The notes under the pieces: model-generated
Told to the model about the DNA's origin: nothing
Seen by the model: only the letters and a program-made list of their open reading frames with translations
The model's database searches: none
DNA from: Alphaproteobacteria bacterium
GTDB lineage: Bacteria; Pseudomonadota; Alphaproteobacteria; JBFXJJ01
Assembly (NCBI GenBank): GCA_050175015.1
Contig: JBFXJJ010000006.1
Coordinates: 64,001 to 128,000, forward strand
DNA length: 64,000 nucleotides
Reading direction: 5' to 3'
Position numbers and translations under genes: made by a program
Shown here: piece after piece, positions 7,398 to 16,679 of the stretch
Layout: every line of letters starts with the position of its first letter
Numbering within the stretch: the stretch's first letter is position 1

Positions 7398-9213
7398 CGG
7401 TTACACTCTTTGCTAAATTACGAGGTTGATCGACATCAGTTCCTTTAATTACGGCTGTATGATATGCCAAAAGCTGGACAGGAATTGTATATAACACAGG
7501 AGCAACAAAAGGAAAAACTTCTGGCAGAGTTATTCTGGCAAAAGGTTCACAAGCTAAATTTTTATGCCCCTTTTTATCACTAATAAAAATTATTTTTCCG
7601 CCTCTTGCAACAACTTCTTGAACATTTGAAGCCGTTTTTTCATAAAGCTCATCGCTTGGAGCAAGAACGATAACTGGAACATTTTCATCAATTAAGGCAA
7701 TCGGTCCGTGCTTCATTTCACCCGCAGCGTAGCCCTCGGCGTGAATATAAGAAATCTCTTTAAGTTTTAAGGCGCCCTCGAGTGAAATGGGATAACAGCT
7801 GCCTCGACCTAAATAAAGAACATCTCTAGCTTCGGCCACAGAATATGCTATTTTTTTAATATGTTCATCATTATTAACCACCTCAACAGCCAAAGCAGGA
7901 ACTTCTGACAATGCCATCAAAATTTTGGATTCATCTTCTTTGCTGATTGTTCCTCTTGCCTTGCCAATCGCTATCGCTAAACAAGCTAATATTGTAAGCT
8001 GTGTTGTAAACGCCTTGGTCGATGCCACGCCTATTTCAGGACCAGCTAATGTCATCATAAAAGCATCAGATTCCCGAGAAATAGTACTTTCTGCAACGTT
8101 GACTATTGATAGAGTTTTCTGATTCATTTTCTTGCAATACCTAAGAGCTGCTAAGGTATCTGCTGTTTCGCCTGACTGAGAAATAAAAAGAGCAAGCCCG
8201 CCTTCTTCTAAATAAGGCTCACGATAACGAAATTCTGAGGCAACATCTATTTCCACAGGAATCTTCGCCAACTTTTCTATCCAATATTCTGCAACCATTG
8301 AAGCATAGAATGATGTTCCGCAAGCTACGATTGTCATATGTTTAACTTGTGATAAATCAAAAGGCAAATCTTCAAGATTTATAGATCTCGTTGTCGCATT
8401 ATAAAAGGCGTTTAGAGTATCACCAATCACTTGTGGCTGTTCATAAATTTCTTTGAGCATAAAATGACGATATTCACCTTTGCCGATACTAGCACCAGAT
8501 GTTGCAGAGACAACCACTTCACGTGTTACCTCACGACTTTCAATGTCAAAAATATTAACTGAGTTTCTAGTTAAAATCGCCCAATCACCATCATCAAGAT
8601 AAGATATTTTGTTTGTCATAGGAGCTAAAGCCAAAGCATCAGAACCAATAAACATCTCACCTTCACCATAACCAATAGCTAAAGGAGACCCCTGCCTTGC
8701 TCCAACTAACAAATCGGGATAATCTTTAAACAATATGGCTAAAGCAAATGCCCCTTTAAGTTTTTTCAATGCCTCAGGAACAGCTTTTGAAGGTTCCATA
8801 CCCTGTTTCAGATTATAGGTAATTAAATGAACCACAACCTCAGTATCGGTATTGCTTTCAAAAACACAGCCTTTTGCTTCTAAATCTTCTCTAAGTTCTT
8901 TGAAATTCTCGATAATACCGTTATGGACAACCGCAACTAAATCTGAAGCGTGAGGGTGAGCATTGGTTTCATTAGGAGCGCCGTGGGTTGCCCATCTGGT
9001 ATGACCTATACCTATTCTACCCATTAAAGGATTTTCTTTAATTTTGTTTTCAAGATTAACTATTTTACCTTCTGCTCTGCGCCTATCCATTTTGCCATTA
9101 TCAATGGTTGCAATGCCCGCAGAGTCATAACCACGATATTCTAAACGACTTAAACCACGCAAAAGATACGGAGCAACCTCATTGTTTCCAATAATACCAA
9201 CAATACCACACAT
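7390..9213 (-). CDS. glmS: Glutamine-fructose-6-phosphate transaminase
   Basis: MCGIVG, GHTRWATHG, SQSGETADT, PRNLAKSVTVE. Confidence 0.98.
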   Translation of the reverse strand: MCGIVGIIGNNEVAPYLLRGLSRLEYRGYDSAGIATIDNGKMDRRRAEGKIVNLENKIKENPLMGRIGIGHTRWATHGAPNETNAHPHASDLVAVVHNGIIENFKELREDLEAKGCVFESNTDTEVVVHLITYNLKQGMEPSKAVPEALKKLKGAFALAILFKDYPDLLVGARQGSPLAIGYGEGEMFIGSDALALAPMTNKISYLDDGDWAILTRNSVNIFDIESREVTREVVVSATSGASIGKGEYRHFMLKEIYEQPQVIGDTLNAFYNATTRSINLEDLPFDLSQVKHMTIVACGTSFYASMVAEYWIEKLAKIPVEIDVASEFRYREPYLEEGGLALFISQSGETADTLAALRYCKKMNQKTLSIVNVAESTISRESDAFMMTLAGPEIGVASTKAFTTQLTILACLAIAIGKARGTISKEDESKILMALSEVPALAVEVVNNDEHIKKIAYSVAEARDVLYLGRGSCYPISLEGALKLKEISYIHAEGYAAGEMKHGPIALIDENVPVIVLAPSDELYEKTASNVQEVVARGGKIIFISDKKGHKNLACEPFARITLPEVFPFVAPVLYTIPVQLLAYHTAVIKGTDVDQPRNLAKSVTVE

Positions 9214-9226
9214 AAAATCCTACTCC

Positions 9227-10564
9227 TTACACTTTTTTATCTTTTAGATTTTGCTTAGTTGCACGATAAGATACCGCCCATTTATCATAATTTTTTTGAT
9301 CAGATCTTGATAATGCTAAATCATTTTCTGCAACATTCTTTGTTATAACGGAACCTGCGCCCGTCATTGCACCATCACCAATCACAACGGGAGCTACCAT
9401 ACAAGTATTAGAACCAATAAAGACATTTTTACCAATATCTGTAAATGATTTAAAATAACCATCATAGTTGCAAGTTATCGTCCCTGCCCCAATGTTAGTT
9501 TTTTCTCCAACTCTGGCATCACCAATATAGGAAAGATGATTAACCTTAGCTCCATTTTCAATAGTTGCCTTTTTTATCTCAACGAAATTGCCGATATGAA
9601 CATTCTCACCAATTTTGGCTTGAGGTCTAAGTCTTGCAAAAGGTCCAATAATAGCTCCTTTTTCAACCACAGCCCCTTCAAGATGAGAAAACGCTTTTAT
9701 GGTTACATTATCTTTAACCTCAACTCCATTCGCAAATACGACAAACGGCTCTATGACTACATCTTTGCCAAGCTTAGTATCAAAACTAAACGTAACGGTT
9801 TCAGGATTAATTAGAGTTGCGCCATTTTCCATTGCTTTGCGGCGAAGTTTAGCTTGAATCCGCTGTTCCATACGAGCCAAATCAACTCTAGAATTAACGC
9901 CTTCGGTTTCTTCTTCTGGAGCCTCAACAACTTTGCAGATAAGCCCTTTGCTATTTGCTATTTGCACGATGTCCGTAAGATAATATTCGCCTTGATTATT
10001 ATCATTTTTAACCTGTGCTAAAAGATCAAATAATTTTTCACCATCAATGCACATTACCCCAGAATTACAAAGACGAATTTGCCTTTGCTCCTCACTGGCA
10101 TCTTTAAATTCAACAATAGCTTCAAGTTCATTATTTTGAACAATCAAACGACCATATTGAGCAGGATTAACGGGTCTAAAACCAAGAACGACAACCGAAG
10201 CGCCTTCTTCTCTGATTTTAATCATTTTTGCCATAGTCTCAGAAGTAATAAATGGTGAATCTCCAAAGAGAACCAAAACATTGCCTTTAAAACTCTGCAA
10301 TTCGTCTTTAGCCATCAAAACAGCGTGTCCTGTTCCCAAACGTTCTTTTTGAAATACCGTTGTTGCAGGTTTAAACTGTTCTGTTAAAGCATTCATTTCT
10401 GGTGAAATTACAACAACTTTTTTTGCAACCTCAATTTTATCAAGACTTTCAATAAGCCAGTTAATTATAGGACGTCCTGCTATATGGTGCATTACTTTGG
10501 GAAGAGCTGACTTCATTCTTGTTCCCATACCTGCGCCTAGTATAATTGCTGCGGTTTGATTCAT
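9227..10564 (-). CDS. glmU: Bifunctional UDP-GlcNAc pyrophosphorylase/acetyltransferase
   Basis: GMGTRMKS..PK, LGTGHA, EYYLTD, hexapeptide repeats, NYDG. Confidence 0.97.
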   Translation of the reverse strand: MNQTAAIILGAGMGTRMKSALPKVMHHIAGRPIINWLIESLDKIEVAKKVVVISPEMNALTEQFKPATTVFQKERLGTGHAVLMAKDELQSFKGNVLVLFGDSPFITSETMAKMIKIREEGASVVVLGFRPVNPAQYGRLIVQNNELEAIVEFKDASEEQRQIRLCNSGVMCIDGEKLFDLLAQVKNDNNQGEYYLTDIVQIANSKGLICKVVEAPEEETEGVNSRVDLARMEQRIQAKLRRKAMENGATLINPETVTFSFDTKLGKDVVIEPFVVFANGVEVKDNVTIKAFSHLEGAVVEKGAIIGPFARLRPQAKIGENVHIGNFVEIKKATIENGAKVNHLSYIGDARVGEKTNIGAGTITCNYDGYFKSFTDIGKNVFIGSNTCMVAPVVIGDGAMTGAGSVITKNVAENDLALSRSDQKNYDKWAVSYRATKQNLKDKKV

Positions 10565-10690
10565 TTATTATCCTTAAAACTTTTCTAAATAAAATACTTG
10601 CAAATAATTTTATATAACATACCTTTGTATTTTAAACTTATATAGAAGAAAACATTTTTTTAAATTCAAATTTTGTTGCAACAGGTTTCA

Positions 10691-11359
10691 ATGACAAAAA
10701 ATATCGCTTTAATTTTCGACTTAGACGGAACTTTAATTGACAGCGTTTTTGATATTGCTCTGGAAATTTCTAAACTTTTAAACGAAGAAGGCTTACCATC
10801 AATCACAGCCAATGACGCTAAAAATATGGTTGGAGAAGGCGCTAAAATTTTTGTAAAAAGAGCTTTTGAAAAATCTGGGCATATCATTTCCGAATATAAG
10901 TTAGAAGAATACTTTGAACGCTATATGCACTATTACCGCAACTCAGAAGTAACAAATACCGTTCTTTATGACGGTGTCAGTGAGACGTTATCTAACCTTA
11001 GAAAAAAAGGTTATAAAACAGCAATTTGCACAAACAAGCCACAAATTCCAACAGAAAAAGTTTTAAATAATTTAAAAATTAAAAACTTGTTTGATGTGGT
11101 TTTGACAGCGGAAAGCACGCCTTTAATGAAACCAGATCCTATGCCTCTTCTTGAAGCACAAAAACTTTTGAACTGTGAAAAAGCGGTTATGATAGGCGAC
11201 AGCCCTCCCGATTTAAGAGCTGGCAAAGCCGCTGAAATACCTGTTATTTTAATGACTTATGGCTATTCCCGCATTCCTTACAGCGAACTAGAAGCCGATG
11301 TTTTGCTTGATGATTTTAAAAAATTAGAAGGCGTAATTAATGAAAAATATCCTAATTAG
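10691..11359 (+). CDS. gph: HAD hydrolase, phosphoglycolate phosphatase-like
   Basis: FDLDGTLIDS, TNK, KPDP, MIGDS. ATG at 10691 preferred over TTG at 10673. Confidence 0.8.
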   Translation: MTKNIALIFDLDGTLIDSVFDIALEISKLLNEEGLPSITANDAKNMVGEGAKIFVKRAFEKSGHIISEYKLEEYFERYMHYYRNSEVTNTVLYDGVSETLSNLRKKGYKTAICTNKPQIPTEKVLNNLKIKNLFDVVLTAESTPLMKPDPMPLLEAQKLLNCEKAVMIGDSPPDLRAGKAAEIPVILMTYGYSRIPYSELEADVLLDDFKKLEGVINEKYPN

Positions 11360-12008
11360 TGATGACTTCAGTAAACTTGGCTTAAATGTTAGTTTAGGCT
11401 GCATTGAAGCTGACGTTGCCTGTGGTAAAGATGACATTCAAATCACAAAGCTTATACAAGCAGAAGCCGCTAGAATAAGCTCCAAATACAGCACCGACAG
11501 CATCAAAGATATTCCAACTATAAATGCTACCAGAAAAGCTTATAAAGCAATCGGGAAAGACCCCAGCCGCTACCGTTCATCGGCAGAAGCTCTACACAAA
11601 AGAATAGTTCAAGGCAAAGACTTATATCGCATTAATAATCTGGTCGACGCTGGCAATTTAATCTCAATGCACACAGGCCTTTCGCTTGGAGCTTATGATA
11701 ACAGCCAAATTAACGGCGATGTTATCTTTAGAATTGGTATCAAAGATGAAACTTATAAAGGAATTGGCAGGGATTATTTTAACTTAGAAGGACTATCAGT
11801 TTTTGCAGACAGTATGGGCGCATTTGGCAATCCTACGGGAGATTCTGAAAGAACAATGATAACCGATGCCACCAATCGGCTTTTGATGATACTTATTGCT
11901 TATGATATTGATGACAACAGCTTAAACGAAGCTATGACTTTTGCTAAAAAGGTTTTAACAAGCACCTGCTCTGCCCAAAATATTGAACAATTGATTGTAA
12001 AAAAATAA
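11340..12008 (+). CDS. Stand-alone B3/B4 domain protein (PheRS beta-related)
   Basis: DPSRYRSSAEAL, INNLVD, DSERT motifs. Confidence 0.85.
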   Translation: MKNILISDDFSKLGLNVSLGCIEADVACGKDDIQITKLIQAEAARISSKYSTDSIKDIPTINATRKAYKAIGKDPSRYRSSAEALHKRIVQGKDLYRINNLVDAGNLISMHTGLSLGAYDNSQINGDVIFRIGIKDETYKGIGRDYFNLEGLSVFADSMGAFGNPTGDSERTMITDATNRLLMILIAYDIDDNSLNEAMTFAKKVLTSTCSAQNIEQLIVKK

Positions 12009-12064
12009 AATACCCCAAGAAAATATTAATTAACTTAAATGCTGCCCCAAATAAGAGAAAAGAA

Positions 12065-13279
12065 ATGGAACTCGTATGTAATATTGACAGGTTAAACAAT
12101 CGTCTTACAGAACTCGGAACAAAGGGAGCGCTTCCGATAAAAGGTGTTAGCCGTCTTGCTTTTAGTAATGATGACAAGCTCGGTAGAGACTTAGTTGTTT
12201 CCTATATGAAAGAGTTAAATCTTAACATCACAATCGATCAAATTGGCAATGTCATTGGAACAAGAAAAGGCAAAAAGGATTTGCCGCCAGTTCTGATGGG
12301 TTCACATATTGATACGGTGGCAACAGGTGGACTTTATGATGGCTGTCTTGGGGTCTTGGCTGGGATTGAAGTAATAAACGTTCTTAATGAACATAATATC
12401 ACAACAAAAAGACCAGTTGCGGTTGGATTTTTCAGCAACGAAGAAGGCTGTGCGGTTCAACCTGATATGATGGGAAGTATGGTTCATCAAGGGCATCTAT
12501 CACTTGAAGAAAATCTTTCTAAAAAAGATACCAACGGTGAAACTATTGCCGAACGATTAGAAAAAATATGTTATGCAGGCTCTACTCCAGTAAATACTTT
12601 AAAGCCTTTTGCTTTTTTAGAAATTCATATTGAACAAGGACCTATTCTTGATAAAAATCAGATTCAGATTGGAGCCGTTACAGGAGTTCAAGGAATTTCG
12701 TGGCAGGAATTAACCATCAAAGGCATATCTAATCATGCAGGAACAACGCCTATGAATTACCGTAATGATGCAGGTCTTGCTGCGGCAAAAATTCTTTGTT
12801 ATGCCAATTCTTTAGCTGTAAATGGTCAATTAGCAACCATTGGCGTTATGCGTTTTAAGCCTAACCTTATTAATGTTATTCCTGAAGAAGTTGTTATGAC
12901 CGTTGATTTAAGAAATCCAAACGAAGAAAAACTGCAACAAGCCGAAAACGAGTTAAAGAACTTTGTTAAAAACCTTGCTAAAGAACATAATTTAACCATA
13001 ACGTCTAAACAAGTTGCCAGATTTCTTCCCGTTGCTTTTAATGATGAACTTATAACTAAAATTGAGCAAAAAGCTAAAGATTCCAATCTTTCTGTTCAAA
13101 GAATTGTAGCTGGTGCAGGTCATGATGCTCAATCATTTGCACCTAATTGTCCAACGGCTATGATTTTTATTCCTAATAAAGACGGTATTAGCCATAATAT
13201 CGAAGAATACGCTTCGCCTAAAGATATTGAGAATGGTGTAAATGTTCTATTATCATTAGTGTCTGATTTAGCTATGTGA
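12065..13279 (+). CDS. Zn-dependent N-carbamoyl-amino-acid/allantoate amidohydrolase (M20)
   Basis: GSHIDTV, DG, NEEG, EIHIEQGP, HAGTTPM, GAGHDA. Confidence 0.9.
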   Translation: MELVCNIDRLNNRLTELGTKGALPIKGVSRLAFSNDDKLGRDLVVSYMKELNLNITIDQIGNVIGTRKGKKDLPPVLMGSHIDTVATGGLYDGCLGVLAGIEVINVLNEHNITTKRPVAVGFFSNEEGCAVQPDMMGSMVHQGHLSLEENLSKKDTNGETIAERLEKICYAGSTPVNTLKPFAFLEIHIEQGPILDKNQIQIGAVTGVQGISWQELTIKGISNHAGTTPMNYRNDAGLAAAKILCYANSLAVNGQLATIGVMRFKPNLINVIPEEVVMTVDLRNPNEEKLQQAENELKNFVKNLAKEHNLTITSKQVARFLPVAFNDELITKIEQKAKDSNLSVQRIVAGAGHDAQSFAPNCPTAMIFIPNKDGISHNIEEYASPKDIENGVNVLLSLVSDLAM

Positions 13280-13327
13280 TTTCTTTAGAGCATCGGAAAC
13301 TTTCTTTTACAAATAGCTTTTGACACT

Positions 13328-14725
13328 CTAAAGCATTTCCAAAGTCAAAACTAAGAGTGATAATCCAAGCGTTATGGGCGTTACTAAAAAGCCATATTTT
13401 ACAAATTCTAAAAAAGACAAATGAAGATCTCTGCCCTTTAACAAATTTACCCACATAATACCAGCTAAAGCGCCGATTGGAGTGATATTAGCGCCAAGGT
13501 TAGAGCCTATAGTCGTGGCTAAGACCGCTGGTAATTCCAACGTTGCTGAAACTTTGGCAATAATAGGAACATACGCCACTGTCATTGGAATATTGTTAAT
13601 CACATTCGCTGATAATGCTGAAAAGAAGCCAAAAATAAAAACTGTAGCGGAACTTGATTCTTTAACTAGCCCCGCAAAAATGCTGCCAATGCTATCTGTA
13701 ACACCGTAAATTTTTAGCGCCTCAATCATTACAAACAAGGACAGCAAAAAAGGCACAACCGTCCACGGCATACGTTTTAATGTAGCGGGCAGAACACAAA
13801 TTTTGCTGTCTGTTATGGCTATTTTCCTTCGTGCAACAACCATAAAATCTAAGCAAATCAGTATGAGCAAAAGGATTAAGGCAAACCCTAAGGACACGAG
13901 CCACATATCAATATGATAATATGGGGCTAGCGATAAAAATATAATACATAATACTAATAAACCTAGACCTAGAAACATACCCGTCTTATCGGTAATTGCC
14001 TGACTTGGATTAACATCAGATGTAAGCTCTAGTGGTTTATTAATGCTTTTATAAAAAAGCATATAAAGCAGAAACATATTAGCTAAACCTGCCATAATTG
14101 TCGGCAGCAGCATCAGTTTAGTATATTCCAAAAATTTAAGATTATACGCACTGGCTAAAAGAATATTGGTTGGGTTGCCGATATAAAGCATCATACTCCA
14201 AGTATTAGCGGCAAAAAACTCCGCAATTAAATACGGCTTAGGATCAATCTTAGCCTCTTTAGTAAAATAATAAATAAAAGGAGTAAACGTTAAGATGATA
14301 ATGTCATTTGAAGTAAAAACTGTTAAAACCGATACCGCAAAGTATAAGAAAAAAAACAGTTTTTTACCATTATTGCCAGCCCGTTTTAAAGCTAGCCTAG
14401 CACAAAACTCAAAAAATCCGGTAATATCTAAGAAAATACTCATAAAAACCATTGATAAAAACAGAGCTAGAATGCCAAGTGGTTTTAATGATGAGGTTCC
14501 TTCAAGTCCGATTAGAGCCTGATTAAAATTAATTAAACCAGACAGCAATAAAATAACAGGCGCAAGTAAAATTCCCATAAAATAGGTTTCAAGAGAAAAC
14601 CTTCTCTTGCCTATTCTAATATAGAGATATGGACGCCTTAAAATGAAATAAATAGTCAAAGCGCAGGAAATAAAAAATATTCCCTGCACTAAAAAACAAT
14701 GATTATGCCACAAATTAACGGACAT
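13328..14725 (-). CDS. ArsB/NhaD-family ion transporter
   Basis: Multi-TM protein; SND, GNPTNI, NNIP, GSNLGANITPIGALAG. Confidence 0.8.
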   Translation of the reverse strand: MSVNLWHNHCFLVQGIFFISCALTIYFILRRPYLYIRIGKRRFSLETYFMGILLAPVILLLSGLINFNQALIGLEGTSSLKPLGILALFLSMVFMSIFLDITGFFEFCARLALKRAGNNGKKLFFFLYFAVSVLTVFTSNDIIILTFTPFIYYFTKEAKIDPKPYLIAEFFAANTWSMMLYIGNPTNILLASAYNLKFLEYTKLMLLPTIMAGLANMFLLYMLFYKSINKPLELTSDVNPSQAITDKTGMFLGLGLLVLCIIFLSLAPYYHIDMWLVSLGFALILLLILICLDFMVVARRKIAITDSKICVLPATLKRMPWTVVPFLLSLFVMIEALKIYGVTDSIGSIFAGLVKESSSATVFIFGFFSALSANVINNIPMTVAYVPIIAKVSATLELPAVLATTIGSNLGANITPIGALAGIMWVNLLKGRDLHLSFLEFVKYGFLVTPITLGLSLLVLTLEML

Positions 14726-14756
14726 ATTTTAATAACTTCTTTTTTTACTCTAAATA

Positions 14757-16034
14757 TTAACCAGCTGGTTCAAACTCACCAATATTGGCAAGCATATCTG
14801 GCGTAACCAGCGTAACACCTTTTTCTGTAACATAGAAACGCTTCTTGTCAAGTTCTGGATCTTCACCAATTACAAGTCCTCTTGGCACAATACAGCGTTC
14901 GCTTAAAATTGCTTTTCTAATTCGGCAGTGGCGATTAATCTCACAACCAGGAAGAACAACACTATCCTCAACTAAAGAAAAAGAGTGGGTATGAACATCA
15001 GAAAAAAGCAGTGAACGTCTAATAGTCGAACCTGAAACAATACACCCAGCAGAGACAAGAGACTGAACAGCGTAACCCGTTCTTAGCTTGCTTTCAAACA
15101 CAAACTTAGCAGCGGGTCTTTGCTCTTGGAATGTCCAAACTGGCCAATGCTGATCGTATAAATCTAAATCAGGAACCACATAAGTTAAATCCATATTAGC
15201 TGCCCAATATGCATCAAGAGTTCCAACATCTCGCCAATAAGCCTCATCAGTTTTATTATAAACACAACTATCCGTAAACCTATGAGCTATCATTTTTGCT
15301 TTTCCAATTAACGACGGCAGGATATCCTTACCAAAATCGTGAGATGAATTAGGGTTATTGGCATCTTTTATCAACTCATTAATTAAAAAATCGGTATTAA
15401 AAATATAAATACCCATACTTGCAAAAGATTTGTTTGGCCTGTCTGGTATGGTTGGCGGATTTTTTGGTTTTTCAACAAAGCTAATAATGCGGTCTTCATT
15501 ATCAACTCCGACAACACCAAAACCGCAAGCATCTTCTTTAGGAACCTCAAGACAAGAAATACTAATATCCGCCCCTTTTTCAAGATGGCTGGCAAGCATT
15601 ACGGAATAATCCTGTTTGTAAATATGATCTCCAGCCAGAATCACAATATACTTAGGGTTATGTTCTTTGATAACTTCTAAATTTTGATAGACAGCATCAG
15701 CGGTACCACGATACCACAAAGCTTCATCAATTTGCTGCTGAGCTGGCCACAACTCAACAAACTCATTAAGTTCAGAGTTTAAGAAACTCCAACCCCTTTG
15801 AATATGTTTAATTAAACTATGAGCTTTGTATTGGGTCAAAACAGCAATACGCCTAATTCCCGAATTCATACAGTTAGACAATGGAAAATCGACAATTCGA
15901 AACTTTCCCCCAAAATGAACCGCAGGTTTTGACTGATTATCCGTTAACTGTTTAAGTCTTGAACCTCTGCCGCCTGCTAGAACTAATGCTAACGTTTCTT
16001 TCCTTGCTTTAGCAAGACTCCTAATTTGTGCCAT
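14757..16034 (-). CDS. glgC: Glucose-1-phosphate adenylyltransferase
   Basis: LAGGRGSRL, KPAVHFGG, WYRGTADA, DFGKD, YWRDVGT. Confidence 0.97.
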   Translation of the reverse strand: MAQIRSLAKARKETLALVLAGGRGSRLKQLTDNQSKPAVHFGGKFRIVDFPLSNCMNSGIRRIAVLTQYKAHSLIKHIQRGWSFLNSELNEFVELWPAQQQIDEALWYRGTADAVYQNLEVIKEHNPKYIVILAGDHIYKQDYSVMLASHLEKGADISISCLEVPKEDACGFGVVGVDNEDRIISFVEKPKNPPTIPDRPNKSFASMGIYIFNTDFLINELIKDANNPNSSHDFGKDILPSLIGKAKMIAHRFTDSCVYNKTDEAYWRDVGTLDAYWAANMDLTYVVPDLDLYDQHWPVWTFQEQRPAAKFVFESKLRTGYAVQSLVSAGCIVSGSTIRRSLLFSDVHTHSFSLVEDSVVLPGCEINRHCRIRKAILSERCIVPRGLVIGEDPELDKKRFYVTEKGVTLVTPDMLANIGEFEPAG

Positions 16035-16193
16035 AGTTTCCCCTAGAATAAGAATGAATGATTTTTAAAAAAGACATTAAATGATAACACGCTATTTTAT
16101 ATTTTACAATTATTGTTAAGTTTTGATTTAATCCTTGCTTAATAACTCGTATAAAATTATCATAATATATCTATTTTTAAGGAAATAACTTAA

Positions 16194-16679
16194 ATGGCAC
16201 ACGCTATTGAAAATAAAATTAGAGAATTGGGTCTAGCACTGCCCGAACCTCCTGTTTCTGTTGCCAGTTATGAACCATATAGTATAACTGGAAAGCTCGT
16301 ATTTATTTCTGGTCAGCTTCCTATAATTAATGGGCAAGCAAAATTTAAAGGGAAAGTCGGAAAACCTTTGACTATTGAGGAAGGTGCTTTAGCCGCTAAA
16401 CTCTGCACTTTAAATATGTTGGCACATCTGCAAAACGCTTGCCGTACTATCTACCCTAAACAAGGGCTTAACAGCGTGACTAAAGTTGTAAAGATTGAAG
16501 GTTATGTTAACTCTATGCCTGGTTTTGAAGATCAACCTAAAATCATAAACGGCGCTTCAGACTTAATTGTTTCTATTTTTGGTAAAAAAATTGGCTCTCA
16601 TAGCAGGATAGCTGTTGGAGTTACATCTCTGCCTTTAGATATGCCAGTTGAAATTTCTGGAATTTTTGAGATTGAGTAA
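16194..16679 (+). CDS. RidA/YjgF-family protein
   Basis: VFISGQLP, NGASDL, HSRIAVG, PVEI. Confidence 0.9.
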   Translation: MAHAIENKIRELGLALPEPPVSVASYEPYSITGKLVFISGQLPIINGQAKFKGKVGKPLTIEEGALAAKLCTLNMLAHLQNACRTIYPKQGLNSVTKVVKIEGYVNSMPGFEDQPKIINGASDLIVSIFGKKIGSHSRIAVGVTSLPLDMPVEISGIFEIE

